Shown in pieces: positions 44,321 through 53,947 of a DNA stretch of 64,000 bases. The translations under genes and the position numbers were made by a program. The DNA is taken from assembly GCA_963769935.1 (NCBI GenBank), contig CAVYNY010000003.1:1-64000 (forward strand), in the 5' to 3' direction. Source of the stretch: an uncultured delta proteobacterium (lineage in GTDB: Bacteria; Desulfobacterota; Desulfobacteria; Desulfobacterales; JAFDCJ01). Below the pieces are notes generated by a model that saw only the letters and a program-made list of their open reading frames with translations, ran no database searches and was not told the origin of the DNA. The stretch's first letter is position 1. Every line of letters starts with the position of its first letter.

Positions 44321-45229
44321 ATGAGAAATACACCCGTCGATATCTCAGGCGTGAGACACCTTTACCCGTTTGATGCCCATTACCTGGATATCAACGGCCT
44401 CAAGTATCATTATGTTGATGAAGGCCGCGGTGATCCGATCGTGATGGTCCATGGCAATCCGACCTGGTCTTTTTACTTTCGGGAGCTGATAAAAGCCCTG
44501 AGCAGCCACGGCCGCACCATTGTGCCGGATCACATCGGCTGCGGCCTGTCGGCCAAGCCCGACACCAGTTCCTATGGTTTTGGACTTAAAAACCGGGTCG
44601 ATGACCTGGACCGTCTTTTAGATCAGCTGGGTGTAAGAAAGGACATCACCCTCATCCTGCATGACTGGGGAGGCATGATCGGAATGGCCTATGCCGTCAA
44701 GCATCCCGAACGGGTTCGCCGACTGGTCGTCATGAATACCTATGCCTTTCTGCCGCCCGTTGAGTATCGTATTCCATGGGCGACCTATTTTATCCGACAT
44801 GCCGGCCCGCTGGCCTCTCTGGCAGTTTTGGGCTTGAATCTTTTCACCGTCGCGGCGCTGCACCTGAACTCCAGGCAAGGGTTGGCCCGCGATGTCAAAA
44901 ACGGCCTGACCGCCCCTTATAATTGCTGGAACCATCGCATCGCCGTACTGCGATTCGTGCAGGACATCCCGCTGAACCGCAAAGATCCGAGTTATCAATT
45001 AGCTAAAAGTGTTGACGACAATCTGAAGCTATTTTCGGATACGCCGATTCTTGTCTGCTGGGGCGAGCACGATTTTGTCTTTAATCATCAATTTTTAAAG
45101 GAATGGCAAAACCGTTTTCCCCAAGCCCGGGTTTATCGCTTTTCGGATGCGGGTCACTATGTACTGGAGGATGTGCCGGAAAAAATTGTACCTCTAGTCC
45201 GGGATTTCTTGCAAAAACATCCGCTGTAA
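44321..45229 (+). CDS. oleB: OleB beta-lactone decarboxylase (haloalkane dehalogenase-like)
   Basis: Motifs HGNPTWSFY, LHDWGG and AGHYVLED; position in the ole operon. Confidence 0.88.
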   Translation: MRNTPVDISGVRHLYPFDAHYLDINGLKYHYVDEGRGDPIVMVHGNPTWSFYFRELIKALSSHGRTIVPDHIGCGLSAKPDTSSYGFGLKNRVDDLDRLLDQLGVRKDITLILHDWGGMIGMAYAVKHPERVRRLVVMNTYAFLPPVEYRIPWATYFIRHAGPLASLAVLGLNLFTVAALHLNSRQGLARDVKNGLTAPYNCWNHRIAVLRFVQDIPLNRKDPSYQLAKSVDDNLKLFSDTPILVCWGEHDFVFNHQFLKEWQNRFPQARVYRFSDAGHYVLEDVPEKIVPLVRDFLQKHPL

Positions 45230-45249
45230 ATTAAGGTCCAAGAATTAAT

Positions 45250-46923
45250 ATGAATGATGTAAAAGCTCATGCCAGCGATGTCGTCAATATTTCAGCGTAT
45301 CTGACCAGGATGGCCCAAACTGAACCGTATAAGCGCGCCGTCGTCTGTCCGGCAGGCCGCGATCGGAATCAGCGGGTTGCTTATTCGCATCTGACGTTTG
45401 TGCAGCTGGAACATGAAGTGGATCGATTGGCCTACGGATTGCAGGCTGCCGGCATCAGGCGCAACACTCGAACCGTCTTAATGGTCAAACCCGGCCTCGA
45501 ATTTTTTGCGCTGATTTTTGCGGTATTTAAAACCGGAGCCGTGCCCGTGGTTGTGGATCCCGGAATGGGGATTCGACGAATGTTGAGTTGCTACCGGTCC
45601 ACCCGCCCGCAGGCATTTATCGGCATTCCTTTGGCCCATATGGTGCGAACCCTTTATCCTAAATTTTTTCATACCGTAAAGGTCTGGATAACCGTCGGCC
45701 GGCGCTGGTTCTGGGGCGGTCTGACGCTGAATCAAATTCGCCGCAACGCCTGGCAGCCCTTTCCCCCTGCCGAAACCCGCCGCGACGACATGGCGGCGAT
45801 TCTTTTTACCACCGGCAGTACCGGACCGGCCAAAGGTGCGGTTTACAATCACGGTACCTTTGATGCCCAGCTGCAGCAAATCAAAACCCATTTAAACATG
45901 GCTCCCCATGAAATTGATCTGTCGACCTTCCCTCTTTTTGCCCTGTTTTACCCGGCCTTAGGCGTCACGGCGGTAATTCCGGACATGGATCCCACGCGGC
46001 CGGCCCTGGTAAATCCGGAGCGCATCATCGAGGCCGTCAACAATCAAGGCGTCACCAACATGTTTGCCTCACCGGCCCTTTTGAATCGCGTCGGCGCTTA
46101 CGGAAAGCAAAACGGCGTCAAACTGCCGTCTTTAAAAAGAGTCATTTCTGCCGGGGCGCCCGTATCGGCCGACAATATAGAGCAATTCCGCGCATTGCTG
46201 GGCAAAGCGGCCGAAATTCATACACCGTACGGGGCGACCGAAGCCGTGCCCATCATATCCATCACAAGCAGCGAAATTCTTTCGGAAACCCGGGATCTCA
46301 GCCAAAAGGGATACGGAATCTGTATCGGTCGCCCCATCAACGACATCGATATTAGAATCATAAAAATCAGTGATGATCCCATTGAAACCTGGTCGGACGA
46401 TCTCAGGCTGCCGCAAGGGGAAGTCGGCGAGATCACCGTCAAAGGTGCCCTGGTCAGCCGAGAGTATTTTGAAGATCCCCGGTCGACGGCCCTGGCCAAG
46501 ATAAAAGAAAACGGTGAAATCATCCATCGCATGGGAGACCTTGGCTGGCTGGATGACAAGGGCCGTATCTGGTTTTGCGGGCGCAAGAGCCACCGGGTTG
46601 TCACAGAAAGTGAAACGCTTTACACCATTCCCTGCGAAGCCATATTCAATAATCACCCCCGGGTATTTCGCAGTGCTCTGGTGGGAGTCGGCCCCCGGTT
46701 TCTACAGCGACCGGTTATCTGTATTGAGCTGCACAAGGCAGATGCCGGCCGAAACAAAAAATATTTGAAAGTAGAACTGCTGGAATTGGCGGCAGCTCAT
46801 CAATTGATCAAAAGCATTCGGACCGTGTTGTTTCACCGGTCATTTCCGGTAGACATTCGCCACAACTCAAAAATTTTCAGAGAAAAATTAGCTGTCTGGG
46901 CACAGCAAAAACTGAAAAAATGA
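45250..46923 (+). CDS. oleC: OleC beta-lactone synthetase (AMP-dependent)
   Basis: Motifs FTTGSTGPAKG, HRMGDLG and FPVDIRHNSKIFREKL. Confidence 0.9.
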   Translation: MNDVKAHASDVVNISAYLTRMAQTEPYKRAVVCPAGRDRNQRVAYSHLTFVQLEHEVDRLAYGLQAAGIRRNTRTVLMVKPGLEFFALIFAVFKTGAVPVVVDPGMGIRRMLSCYRSTRPQAFIGIPLAHMVRTLYPKFFHTVKVWITVGRRWFWGGLTLNQIRRNAWQPFPPAETRRDDMAAILFTTGSTGPAKGAVYNHGTFDAQLQQIKTHLNMAPHEIDLSTFPLFALFYPALGVTAVIPDMDPTRPALVNPERIIEAVNNQGVTNMFASPALLNRVGAYGKQNGVKLPSLKRVISAGAPVSADNIEQFRALLGKAAEIHTPYGATEAVPIISITSSEILSETRDLSQKGYGICIGRPINDIDIRIIKISDDPIETWSDDLRLPQGEVGEITVKGALVSREYFEDPRSTALAKIKENGEIIHRMGDLGWLDDKGRIWFCGRKSHRVVTESETLYTIPCEAIFNNHPRVFRSALVGVGPRFLQRPVICIELHKADAGRNKKYLKVELLELAAAHQLIKSIRTVLFHRSFPVDIRHNSKIFREKLAVWAQQKLKK

Positions 46924-47957
46924 ATGCAACACCATTAAATAACCACCAATCGGAAAGCGTCCTGGTTACCGGCGGCGGCGGGTTTTTGGGCGGTGCCATT
47001 GTCAGGCGTCTGGTAGACCGAGGCGATCAGGTCAGGAGTCTGGCGCGAAATCTGCATCCTGCGCTTGAGGCCATGGCGGTTGAACAGATTCAGGGCAATA
47101 TTGCCGATCCGGCAACGGTTGACAACGCCTGCCGGGGCGCCGAGGTCGTTTTTCATGTTGCGGCCAAGCCTCCTCCCTGGGGAGCATACAACGATTATTA
47201 TCAAACCAATGTTGTCGGCACCCGCAATGTTATCGATGCCTGTCTTCACCGGTCGGTTTCAAGGCTGATCTACACCAGTACTCCCAGTGTGATATTCAAC
47301 GGCGGCCATCTGGAAGGCGTTGACGAATCATTTCCCTATCCTGCCAGATACAAGGCCTATTACCCTGCGACCAAAGCCATGGCAGAACGTCTCGTTGTCA
47401 AAGCCGCCGATCAGGGGCTCAACACCATCGTCCTGAGACCCCATGAAATTTGGGGACCGGGCGACCCCCATTTCGTGCCGCGTCTGCTGGCCCGAGCCGA
47501 CAGGTTGAAACAAATCGGAGACGGCAAAAATCTTGTTGATACAACCTACATCGACAACGCAGCGGATGCGCATATCCTGGCTGCTGATAAATTAAAAGAC
47601 AACCCCCGGTTATCAGGCAAGATTTATTTCATCAGCCAAGACGAGCCGATGCCCGCCTGGGACATGATCAACGCGGTCTTAAAGTCAGCCGGATACGGAC
47701 CGGTCAAAGGCAAAGTGTCGTTCCGGGCGGCCTGGCTCATCGGTGCGGTTCTGGAATTCTTCTATAAAACATTTCGCATTTCCGGTGAACCCCAAATGAC
47801 CCGTTTTCTGGCTGAAGCTGTTGCAACTTCCCACTGGTTTAACATCAATGCCGCCAAAAAAGATCTCGGATATCAGCCGCAGGTGTCTACCCGGCAGGGA
47901 TTGGAAAGACTTGCCGAATGGTTGAAAAAAAATACTTCAAAAGGAGTTTCTGGATGA
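46920..47957 (+). CDS. oleD: OleD 2-alkyl-3-oxoalkanoate reductase (3-beta-HSD-like SDR)
   Basis: Motifs TGGGGFLG, YPATKAMAE and LRPHEIWGPGD. Confidence 0.88.
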   Translation: MNATPLNNHQSESVLVTGGGGFLGGAIVRRLVDRGDQVRSLARNLHPALEAMAVEQIQGNIADPATVDNACRGAEVVFHVAAKPPPWGAYNDYYQTNVVGTRNVIDACLHRSVSRLIYTSTPSVIFNGGHLEGVDESFPYPARYKAYYPATKAMAERLVVKAADQGLNTIVLRPHEIWGPGDPHFVPRLLARADRLKQIGDGKNLVDTTYIDNAADAHILAADKLKDNPRLSGKIYFISQDEPMPAWDMINAVLKSAGYGPVKGKVSFRAAWLIGAVLEFFYKTFRISGEPQMTRFLAEAVATSHWFNINAAKKDLGYQPQVSTRQGLERLAEWLKKNTSKGVSG

Positions 47958-48457
47958 AATTAGAAGATGTTGCTCCGCTGGAAAAATGGATCGATCTTGA
48001 AGTGAACATCCACCGGCAGACCGGCTTGGACGTCAATGTATTTAATGTTGAGGGGTATCGAATAACCGAATTTAAAAATTGGGCCAATAATCTGTGCCCG
48101 GAAATCAAGGCCACCGACAAAGGGCAGAGTTTTATCTGTGCGCCGGCCCACATGAATATTGCCGCCGCGGCCATGCGCTCCAAAAAACCGGTCATCGAGG
48201 AATGTGATGCCGGACTCATTAAGATGGTGGTGCCCATTTTCGTCAAAGATGTATTCATCGGCGCGGTGGGCGCCTGCGGGTTTTTGCTGGATAAAGGCGA
48301 GGTCGACAGCTTCCTGGTTTACAAAATGACGGATATCGATGAAGCAAAAGTCGAAAATTTATCTAAAGGAATTCCGGCCATTACTTCCGCCAGAGCGGAA
48401 TCACTGGGCAAATATATTACGGCGCAGATTGATGAAATCATCGGGCAGGTTAAATAG
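47954..48457 (+). CDS. Stand-alone PocR ligand-binding domain protein
   Basis: Conserved Cys pattern LCPEIK..FICA..ECDAGL...VPI; ATGA overlap with oleD. Confidence 0.8.
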   Translation: MKLEDVAPLEKWIDLEVNIHRQTGLDVNVFNVEGYRITEFKNWANNLCPEIKATDKGQSFICAPAHMNIAAAAMRSKKPVIEECDAGLIKMVVPIFVKDVFIGAVGACGFLLDKGEVDSFLVYKMTDIDEAKVENLSKGIPAITSARAESLGKYITAQIDEIIGQVK

Positions 48458-48486
48458 GCTCATACCTGAACTCTGAAATTCGTATC

Positions 48487-48690
48487 CTACTGCGCAACCG
48501 AATTTTCGGCATATTTGGTGTCGCGCAGATACCGTTTCAGAATAATATTGCCGAGCAGGGTTCCCTTCTTGTAGCCCTTGACAAACTCAGTGACCACCGC
48601 CTTGAGTTTTGGGCTGTCCTTGCGAAAAGCCCAGGCGATCTCACCGCCGGTTCTCACGGCGATGTTCGGATGAACTAAGATTTGAGAATG
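48487..48690 (-). pseudogene. Fragment of MltF-like lytic transglycosylase (substrate-binding domain end)
   Basis: Manual translation HPNIAVRTGGEIAWAFRKDSPKLKAVVTEFVKGYKKGTLLGNIILKRYL; no start codon. Confidence 0.65.
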
Positions 48691-48768
48691 TCCACTTAAA
48701 ATCCAATCAGGTCAGGTAAAGCAGACTTTAACCCTACCCTGCCGATCCCCTCTCCCTGGCATTTCTAT

Positions 48769-48798
48769 GTAGACCAATTTTATGACTGGCGCGTCTAT
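48769..48798 (+). promoter_or_regulatory. Candidate ECF promoter upstream of first ECF sigma
   Basis: GTAGACC-N16-CGTCTA spacing. Confidence 0.45.
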
Positions 48799-48955
48799 AA
48801 GGTAAAAATCCGAAATTCATGCAAGCGGTCGATTTGGTAAGATTTTTTAGTTTGAAGGCGGATGGAAATCTGATGGTGGTTAAGTAAACATGGACAATTC
48901 AGATGCGGACCGGATATCATGAGTTTCAAATTGATGCAAAAAGTGTTGCCGCACA

Positions 48956-49606
48956 ATGTACAAACGTGATTTCCAAGCTCCTGAAATGGCTCCATCAGAT
49001 AAAACCACCACGACCTCTGAAACCTCCGACCAGCTGTTCTTGCTTGTTGAACAGGCTAAGGCAGGGAACCGCTCGGCCTTCGCCCAGCTGGCCGACCGAT
49101 TTCATGAAGATATTTATCGCATGGTTTACTACCGCATCAGATCCCGTCCCGATGCTGAGGATATTACCCAGGATGTGTTTTTAAAGATATTTCAAAAAAT
49201 ATCCGGCATCAAAGAGACGGCCAAGTTTCGCGGTTGGCTTTTTAGCATCACGCTGAACCGAATTCGGGATTTTCAGCGCAAAAAACGATTCCGGTCATTA
49301 TTCAAGGCCGAGGATGAAAGTATAGAGTCGCACGCGCCCGAACAAAGCGACCAAGATCAGCCTGATGCGCTGGACCATGTTTTAAAAAAGGATTTTTGGC
49401 GACAAATCGGTTTGATCCTGAACAAACTGTCAAAAATGGAAAAAGAAGTCTTTTTGCTGAGGTTTTTTGATCATCTCAGTTTAACTGAAATCGCGGGCGT
49501 CTTAAAAAAAAACGAAAGCACGGTCAAAACCCATCTGTATCGCGCGCTCGCCAAATTTAAAAGTGAACCCGCAATGCGACGCCTTCTCAATGAGGTTAAC
49601 AAGTGA
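48956..49606 (+). CDS. ECF RNA polymerase sigma factor (1)
   Basis: Region 2 DAEDITQDVFLK/FRGWLFSITLN and region 4 EIAGVL..ESTVKTHLYRAL. Confidence 0.92.
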   Translation: MYKRDFQAPEMAPSDKTTTTSETSDQLFLLVEQAKAGNRSAFAQLADRFHEDIYRMVYYRIRSRPDAEDITQDVFLKIFQKISGIKETAKFRGWLFSITLNRIRDFQRKKRFRSLFKAEDESIESHAPEQSDQDQPDALDHVLKKDFWRQIGLILNKLSKMEKEVFLLRFFDHLSLTEIAGVLKKNESTVKTHLYRALAKFKSEPAMRRLLNEVNK

Positions 49607-50157
49607 ACTCAAATGACAACCACCATTTGGACGAGAATCAATTTATTAAAGCGGTAGTGGATGCATCCGACCTGCCGGAGGCCGTGCAGGCGCATTTGTT
49701 CACCTGCACTCAATGCCGGAACAGAAGGCAAAACTTTGAGCGGGAATTGACCAGTTTAGGCCAAATTGCCGGGCTGTCGGTACCGAAACCGCAAAGACGG
49801 ATCATTTTGCCGGCGCAAAAGTCCACAATCAGATTCTCAAGTTTCTTGGATTGGCGCAGCGTTATTGTGGCAGCGGCGACGGTTGCCGCTGTATTTATGG
49901 TTGTGTGGGGCACCAACATGGCACGCAATTTTTCCGAGCACCGAACCGAAAACCTGACAGCGGAAATACGGGATGCCAATCGACCCATGAGCGAAGTCAA
50001 CTCGCTTGTTGAAAATGCGCTGCCCCCATTTTATTTAGAAATCGCAGATGAACCAAAACCAGATTACGATGAAGAGTTTTATCAATTTTTGATTCCGCCT
50101 GTTGAAGATAAAACCGTAACCTCTGAGCAAGGGAATCGAGGAACTTCATTATGCTAA
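49603..50157 (+). CDS. Zinc-binding (HxxxCxxC) transmembrane anti-sigma factor (1)
   Basis: HLFTCTQC motif and a single TM segment; overlaps the sigma stop codon. Confidence 0.8.
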   Translation: MNSNDNHHLDENQFIKAVVDASDLPEAVQAHLFTCTQCRNRRQNFERELTSLGQIAGLSVPKPQRRIILPAQKSTIRFSSFLDWRSVIVAAATVAAVFMVVWGTNMARNFSEHRTENLTAEIRDANRPMSEVNSLVENALPPFYLEIADEPKPDYDEEFYQFLIPPVEDKTVTSEQGNRGTSLC

Positions 50158-50558
50158 GAAAGATATTCAGTGTCATCTTGCCGGTCATTTTTCTGGTTGC
50201 TCCATTGATTGCCGCGGCTCAGCACGGTCCAAGAGGCAAATGGTGGCATAACCCCCAGATTCAAAAGAATTTGAATTTGAACGAAAATGAAATCGGCAAA
50301 TTGGACCAGCTTTTTGCCAACATCCGCCCCAACCTGATCAAGCTTAAAACGGATGTCGAGCGCGAGCAATTTGAACTGGATCAACTCCTGAGCAAAAAAA
50401 AGGTCGACGATGCTGATGTTAAAAAGCAGTTCCAAAAACTGGAGCAAGCCCGTAAAAATCTTTCCAACGCACGCCTTGACTTTGTGATCGGCGTTCGCAA
50501 CATACTCGGTGCCGATCGCTTCCAGCAGCTCAAGTCCAACTTTCAGAAGTGGCAGTAG
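50151..50558 (+). CDS. Spy/CpxP-like periplasmic protein
   Basis: Signal peptide, GKWW, LNLNENE, helical composition and IL.ADRFQQL. Confidence 0.75.
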   Translation: MLRKIFSVILPVIFLVAPLIAAAQHGPRGKWWHNPQIQKNLNLNENEIGKLDQLFANIRPNLIKLKTDVEREQFELDQLLSKKKVDDADVKKQFQKLEQARKNLSNARLDFVIGVRNILGADRFQQLKSNFQKWQ

Positions 50559-50616
50559 AAAAAATTTTTCGCAACTCGGCCGGTAAGGACTTTTTTCTCC
50601 GTGGCACGGCAAAATT

Positions 50617-51366
50617 ATGGATCCGGCAGCAATTCTCGCTTCACGCGACATCCTGCAAAAAATAGAAACCGTTTGCAGTCGACAGTTCTCTGCTGAAAAC
50701 GACCGGGATGAGTGTTACATCTTCGTGCTTGACAGCCTCAAGGCCGACGATTTTAAGCGGCTGCGGGCCTTTAAAGGCAAAAGCAAATTATCCACCTATC
50801 TGTATTCTCTGATCAACTCCCTGGTTATTGATTTCAGACGCAAAAAATACGGCCGCCGGCGTGTCCCGGCCGCCGTGTTAAAACTCGGCAAGTGGGCTGA
50901 GGCAGTCTACCGGCTGGTGTGCTGGCAAAAGTTTTCCTTTGATGACGCCTATGATTTTCTGCGGGTTGACGGCCTGTATGACGGCAACTATGATCAGTTC
51001 ATACAGGAGATCGAGGCGATCCGGAATGCACCCTGCCGGGAAAATCCGACTTTTAAATCGATCGATGAACCAGACAGAAATTCGGTCCAGCATATGGAAG
51101 CTTCAGGCGCCGATCCGCTGGAGGACCTGATACAAGCGCTTGACAGGGAAAAAAGAATCACAGCCCTCAGGGTTATTCGCGCAACAACGGAGGCACTGCC
51201 GGAGCCCGATCAGATTCTGGTCAGGCTGGTGTTCGGCTCGGGGCAGCCGCTAAGTGCGGCTGCCAAAATCATCAACCTTTCTGCATCCGCAGCCCGCAAA
51301 CGGCTGCAGACTCTTTTATTAAAATACAGAGAAAGTTTGCTGGCCATTGGTATCCGCGAGCCGTAA
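50617..51366 (+). CDS. ECF-like sigma factor (2) with long inter-domain insertion
   Basis: Region 2 RLRAFKGKSKLSTYL..LVIDFRRK and region 4 LPEPDQILVRL..LSAAAKII..AARKRL. Confidence 0.75.
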   Translation: MDPAAILASRDILQKIETVCSRQFSAENDRDECYIFVLDSLKADDFKRLRAFKGKSKLSTYLYSLINSLVIDFRRKKYGRRRVPAAVLKLGKWAEAVYRLVCWQKFSFDDAYDFLRVDGLYDGNYDQFIQEIEAIRNAPCRENPTFKSIDEPDRNSVQHMEASGADPLEDLIQALDREKRITALRVIRATTEALPEPDQILVRLVFGSGQPLSAAAKIINLSASAARKRLQTLLLKYRESLLAIGIREP

Positions 51367-51379
51367 AATGTCCGTCTAA
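51352..51379 (+). promoter_or_regulatory. Shared ECF-type promoter motif, copy 1
   Basis: ATCCGC-N11-TGTCCGTCTAA. Confidence 0.6.
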
Positions 51380-51435
51380 TTACTCTGCCTGATTATATTT
51401 TACTAGGTATGTTTAACAATTGAATAGAGGCAAAA

Positions 51436-52023
51436 ATGGGAAAATGGATCAATAAAAGCATGGCGCCAGCCGTTTCAGAGCAATCCGCTAATCATCCGGC
51501 CATCGAAGATATCGCGCGGCTGGCGGAAGGCAGGGTCGAGCAAGCTGAACGGGAACAATTCCTGCGCCATCTCAACCGATGCCAAAGATGCTACGAAATC
51601 CTGCAGGAAACCCTGATAGACATTGCCTCCGCCAGGCCTTTGCCAAAGGTTTCCGGTCCCTGGTGGAAATCCAAAATCTTTTATGCCTTGGCTGCCTCAA
51701 TTTTACTGGTCATTATCATCGGCGGGCGCCTGGTATTTGAACACCGCAATCAACATCCCCGGATCATAACCGCCACACTTGATATGGATCAGGAGTTAAA
51801 GGACATCCTGCTGGAAGGCGACACCCTGCGGTGGGAGAAGGGACCGCGGCTAAGCCGGCTGGTGGCTGCTCTGCACAAAAAAGGTCTGCAATTTAATGAT
51901 CTGAAAGCTGCTATCCTTGCGCAACCCTACTATCAGAAAAAAAGCCTGTTCGGTCCCGGGGAAGTCCTTCATATTCGCATCGAGAATGGCGTGGCCTATC
52001 TGAAGGTTAAAGAAAAAAACTAG
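51436..52023 (+). CDS. zf-HC2-type transmembrane anti-sigma factor (2)
   Basis: HP...HLNRCQRC motif and the YALAASILLV TM segment. Confidence 0.8.
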   Translation: MGKWINKSMAPAVSEQSANHPAIEDIARLAEGRVEQAEREQFLRHLNRCQRCYEILQETLIDIASARPLPKVSGPWWKSKIFYALAASILLVIIIGGRLVFEHRNQHPRIITATLDMDQELKDILLEGDTLRWEKGPRLSRLVAALHKKGLQFNDLKAAILAQPYYQKKSLFGPGEVLHIRIENGVAYLKVKEKN

Positions 52024-52226
52024 CTTTATGCCCTGCAAATATATTTAAGTAGTCGACGGGAATACTCAATTAGAGTTGCAGCTTTGAACATAAAAAATTC
52101 CAAGCCCCAAATAACTGCTTTTTGGAATTTGAAATTTGCGATTTAGACCTACCTTGTCCCCTTCCCTCTATTCTCAATCCCTTTCGAAAAAAGACATCCC
52201 ACTCAAAAAAAAATAATGAATTATTG

Positions 52227-52253
52227 ATCCGCCATTACCATCTGTCCGTCTAA
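52227..52253 (+). promoter_or_regulatory. Shared ECF-type promoter motif, copy 2
   Basis: ATCCGC-N10-TGTCCGTCTAA, 55 bp upstream of the next gene's start codon. Confidence 0.6.
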
Positions 52254-52308
52254 CAAGTTAAAAAGAAATCCTTCACTTTACCAACACAATGTCAAGAGGA
52301 GACCTGTC

Positions 52309-53157
52309 ATGTTAAAAGTGACGTTCAGCAGCTCGGCCCCGAATCCTCCAATTCGAACATGGCGTTGGGTGTTTCTTGGATTGGCCGTTTTTATTTTTAC
52401 TGTCCCGGGATTTCCGGCAGCTGCGAAACAACCCCCTACCATTCAGCTGTTTCCAACCACGGTGGTGGAAAATATCAAGCACACCGGAGAGGCGGCCAAA
52501 GCCATGGAACAGGACCTTCAGAGTGTGATTGACCGCCTGAATCAGCAGGAGGAGCTTTACCTGGCGAGCAAGTGCGAAGGGGCCGCAGCCGAACAGGGCT
52601 GCAATGAAATCGCCGGACAGCTGAGTCAAACCTATCTGGAGATGCTGACCTTGATGGAAACCCGCCTGCCGGGGATGGAGGATTCGGTCCGGGCCACGAA
52701 TACCAGCCTGGAAAGACGGATTCGCACGGAGTTGGGCCGCAAAACAACTCCCCGTGGTCTGCAAAAACTTGTAGATGGAACGCCGCAGCAATCAACTGAG
52801 TCTCCCCGCTACAAGCGAAGGGCGGGAAGACTGAGCGAAAAGTTCAGACAGTATTACAAACTGGTAGCCATGGCCCCCGGATCGGGCGCGGGTGGATCAC
52901 TGGCGGCAGTCGCCGCTGAAATTTACCTTGATACCCAGGAAGTGCAGGAACTTATTGCCCTCACCCGCGATGAAATCAGCCGCGCCAAACTCATGATTGA
53001 TCTCGATCAGGCATACGGCATCATCACGCCGGAAATGTTTGAGATGGTCGGCCGGGTGAAAACGATTATATTTGGCGAGACCGGAGAAGCGGAAGGCATA
53101 CCCAGTCCGCCGGCCGGCAGCGCTAAAGCAGAATATCGCAGCCCCCTTGAGATGTAA
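52309..53157 (+). CDS. Exported helical/coiled-coil hypothetical protein
   Basis: Signal peptide ending AAA, a paired Cys motif, helical composition; GAGGAG RBS. Confidence 0.8.
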   Translation: MLKVTFSSSAPNPPIRTWRWVFLGLAVFIFTVPGFPAAAKQPPTIQLFPTTVVENIKHTGEAAKAMEQDLQSVIDRLNQQEELYLASKCEGAAAEQGCNEIAGQLSQTYLEMLTLMETRLPGMEDSVRATNTSLERRIRTELGRKTTPRGLQKLVDGTPQQSTESPRYKRRAGRLSEKFRQYYKLVAMAPGSGAGGSLAAVAAEIYLDTQEVQELIALTRDEISRAKLMIDLDQAYGIITPEMFEMVGRVKTIIFGETGEAEGIPSPPAGSAKAEYRSPLEM

Positions 53158-53194
53158 CTATGGAGGCGTTCGCCTATAACCGGAGGGTGTTATT

Positions 53195-53767
53195 ATGATT
53201 AAGCTACAAAGTAAAATGAATGCCTGGCGTTTCGACCAAATTTTTCTGATGTTGATAGTCCTCGCACTTTTTCCGGCGGCCTGCGGGAACCGGCAATATG
53301 TTAAACCCGGCTGCACGCTGCCTTCCGGCGTAAATCTTGAAGAAGCGTTGGCGCACTCAAGAGAAGATCTTGGGCACCTGGAGTGCGAAACCATGTTTGA
53401 CGGTTACTATATTAGACTCATTGAAGTCGCCAAACGCGACCCCGCAATACAAAACAAGCGCAAGTTCAGCGATTTTTTGGAATGGGCCAATGGGGAAGGC
53501 ATTATCGATAAGATCCAGGCTCGCGACTACTATAATCGCTACTTCAATACCACCTTCATGTCTCTGCCGGACGATTTTAATGTTTGCTCATCCTGCGCCG
53601 AGAAAACCCAAAAAGATCTCGAATCCCAGCTGGAAGAAGAACTCGGCCAGAAAGAAGAAGGGCTGTTGAGAGCGTGCCAGGATAAAAACGCCTATTACCT
53701 TGCGGCTGATCAATATAACTCCATCATGCTGCTGCTGGACGCCACCTGCACTGCCTGTCGGAACTGA
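53195..53767 (+). CDS. Cys-rich helical lipoprotein
   Basis: PAAC lipobox and multiple further Cys residues; GGAGG RBS. Confidence 0.8.
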   Translation: MIKLQSKMNAWRFDQIFLMLIVLALFPAACGNRQYVKPGCTLPSGVNLEEALAHSREDLGHLECETMFDGYYIRLIEVAKRDPAIQNKRKFSDFLEWANGEGIIDKIQARDYYNRYFNTTFMSLPDDFNVCSSCAEKTQKDLESQLEEELGQKEEGLLRACQDKNAYYLAADQYNSIMLLLDATCTACRN

Positions 53768-53947
53768 TATGACAAGCGAATGTCAGATAATGCTGAGCAT
53801 CAGGACTGAATAACACGGACTGAGCAACGAGGACTGAGGACAGAGATGGAAAAAATTCGAGCGATGCAAACAGCGATACGTTCAGTCCTCAGCCCTCAGC
53901 CCTCATCACTTTTTCGAGCAGAAACTAAATTTTAGGGAATTCATACG

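Noticed and set aside
50602..50618. sigma54 promoter before sigma 2 (TGGCACGG)
   Set aside because: There is no TTGC -12 element at the required spacing, and it is too close to the start codon.
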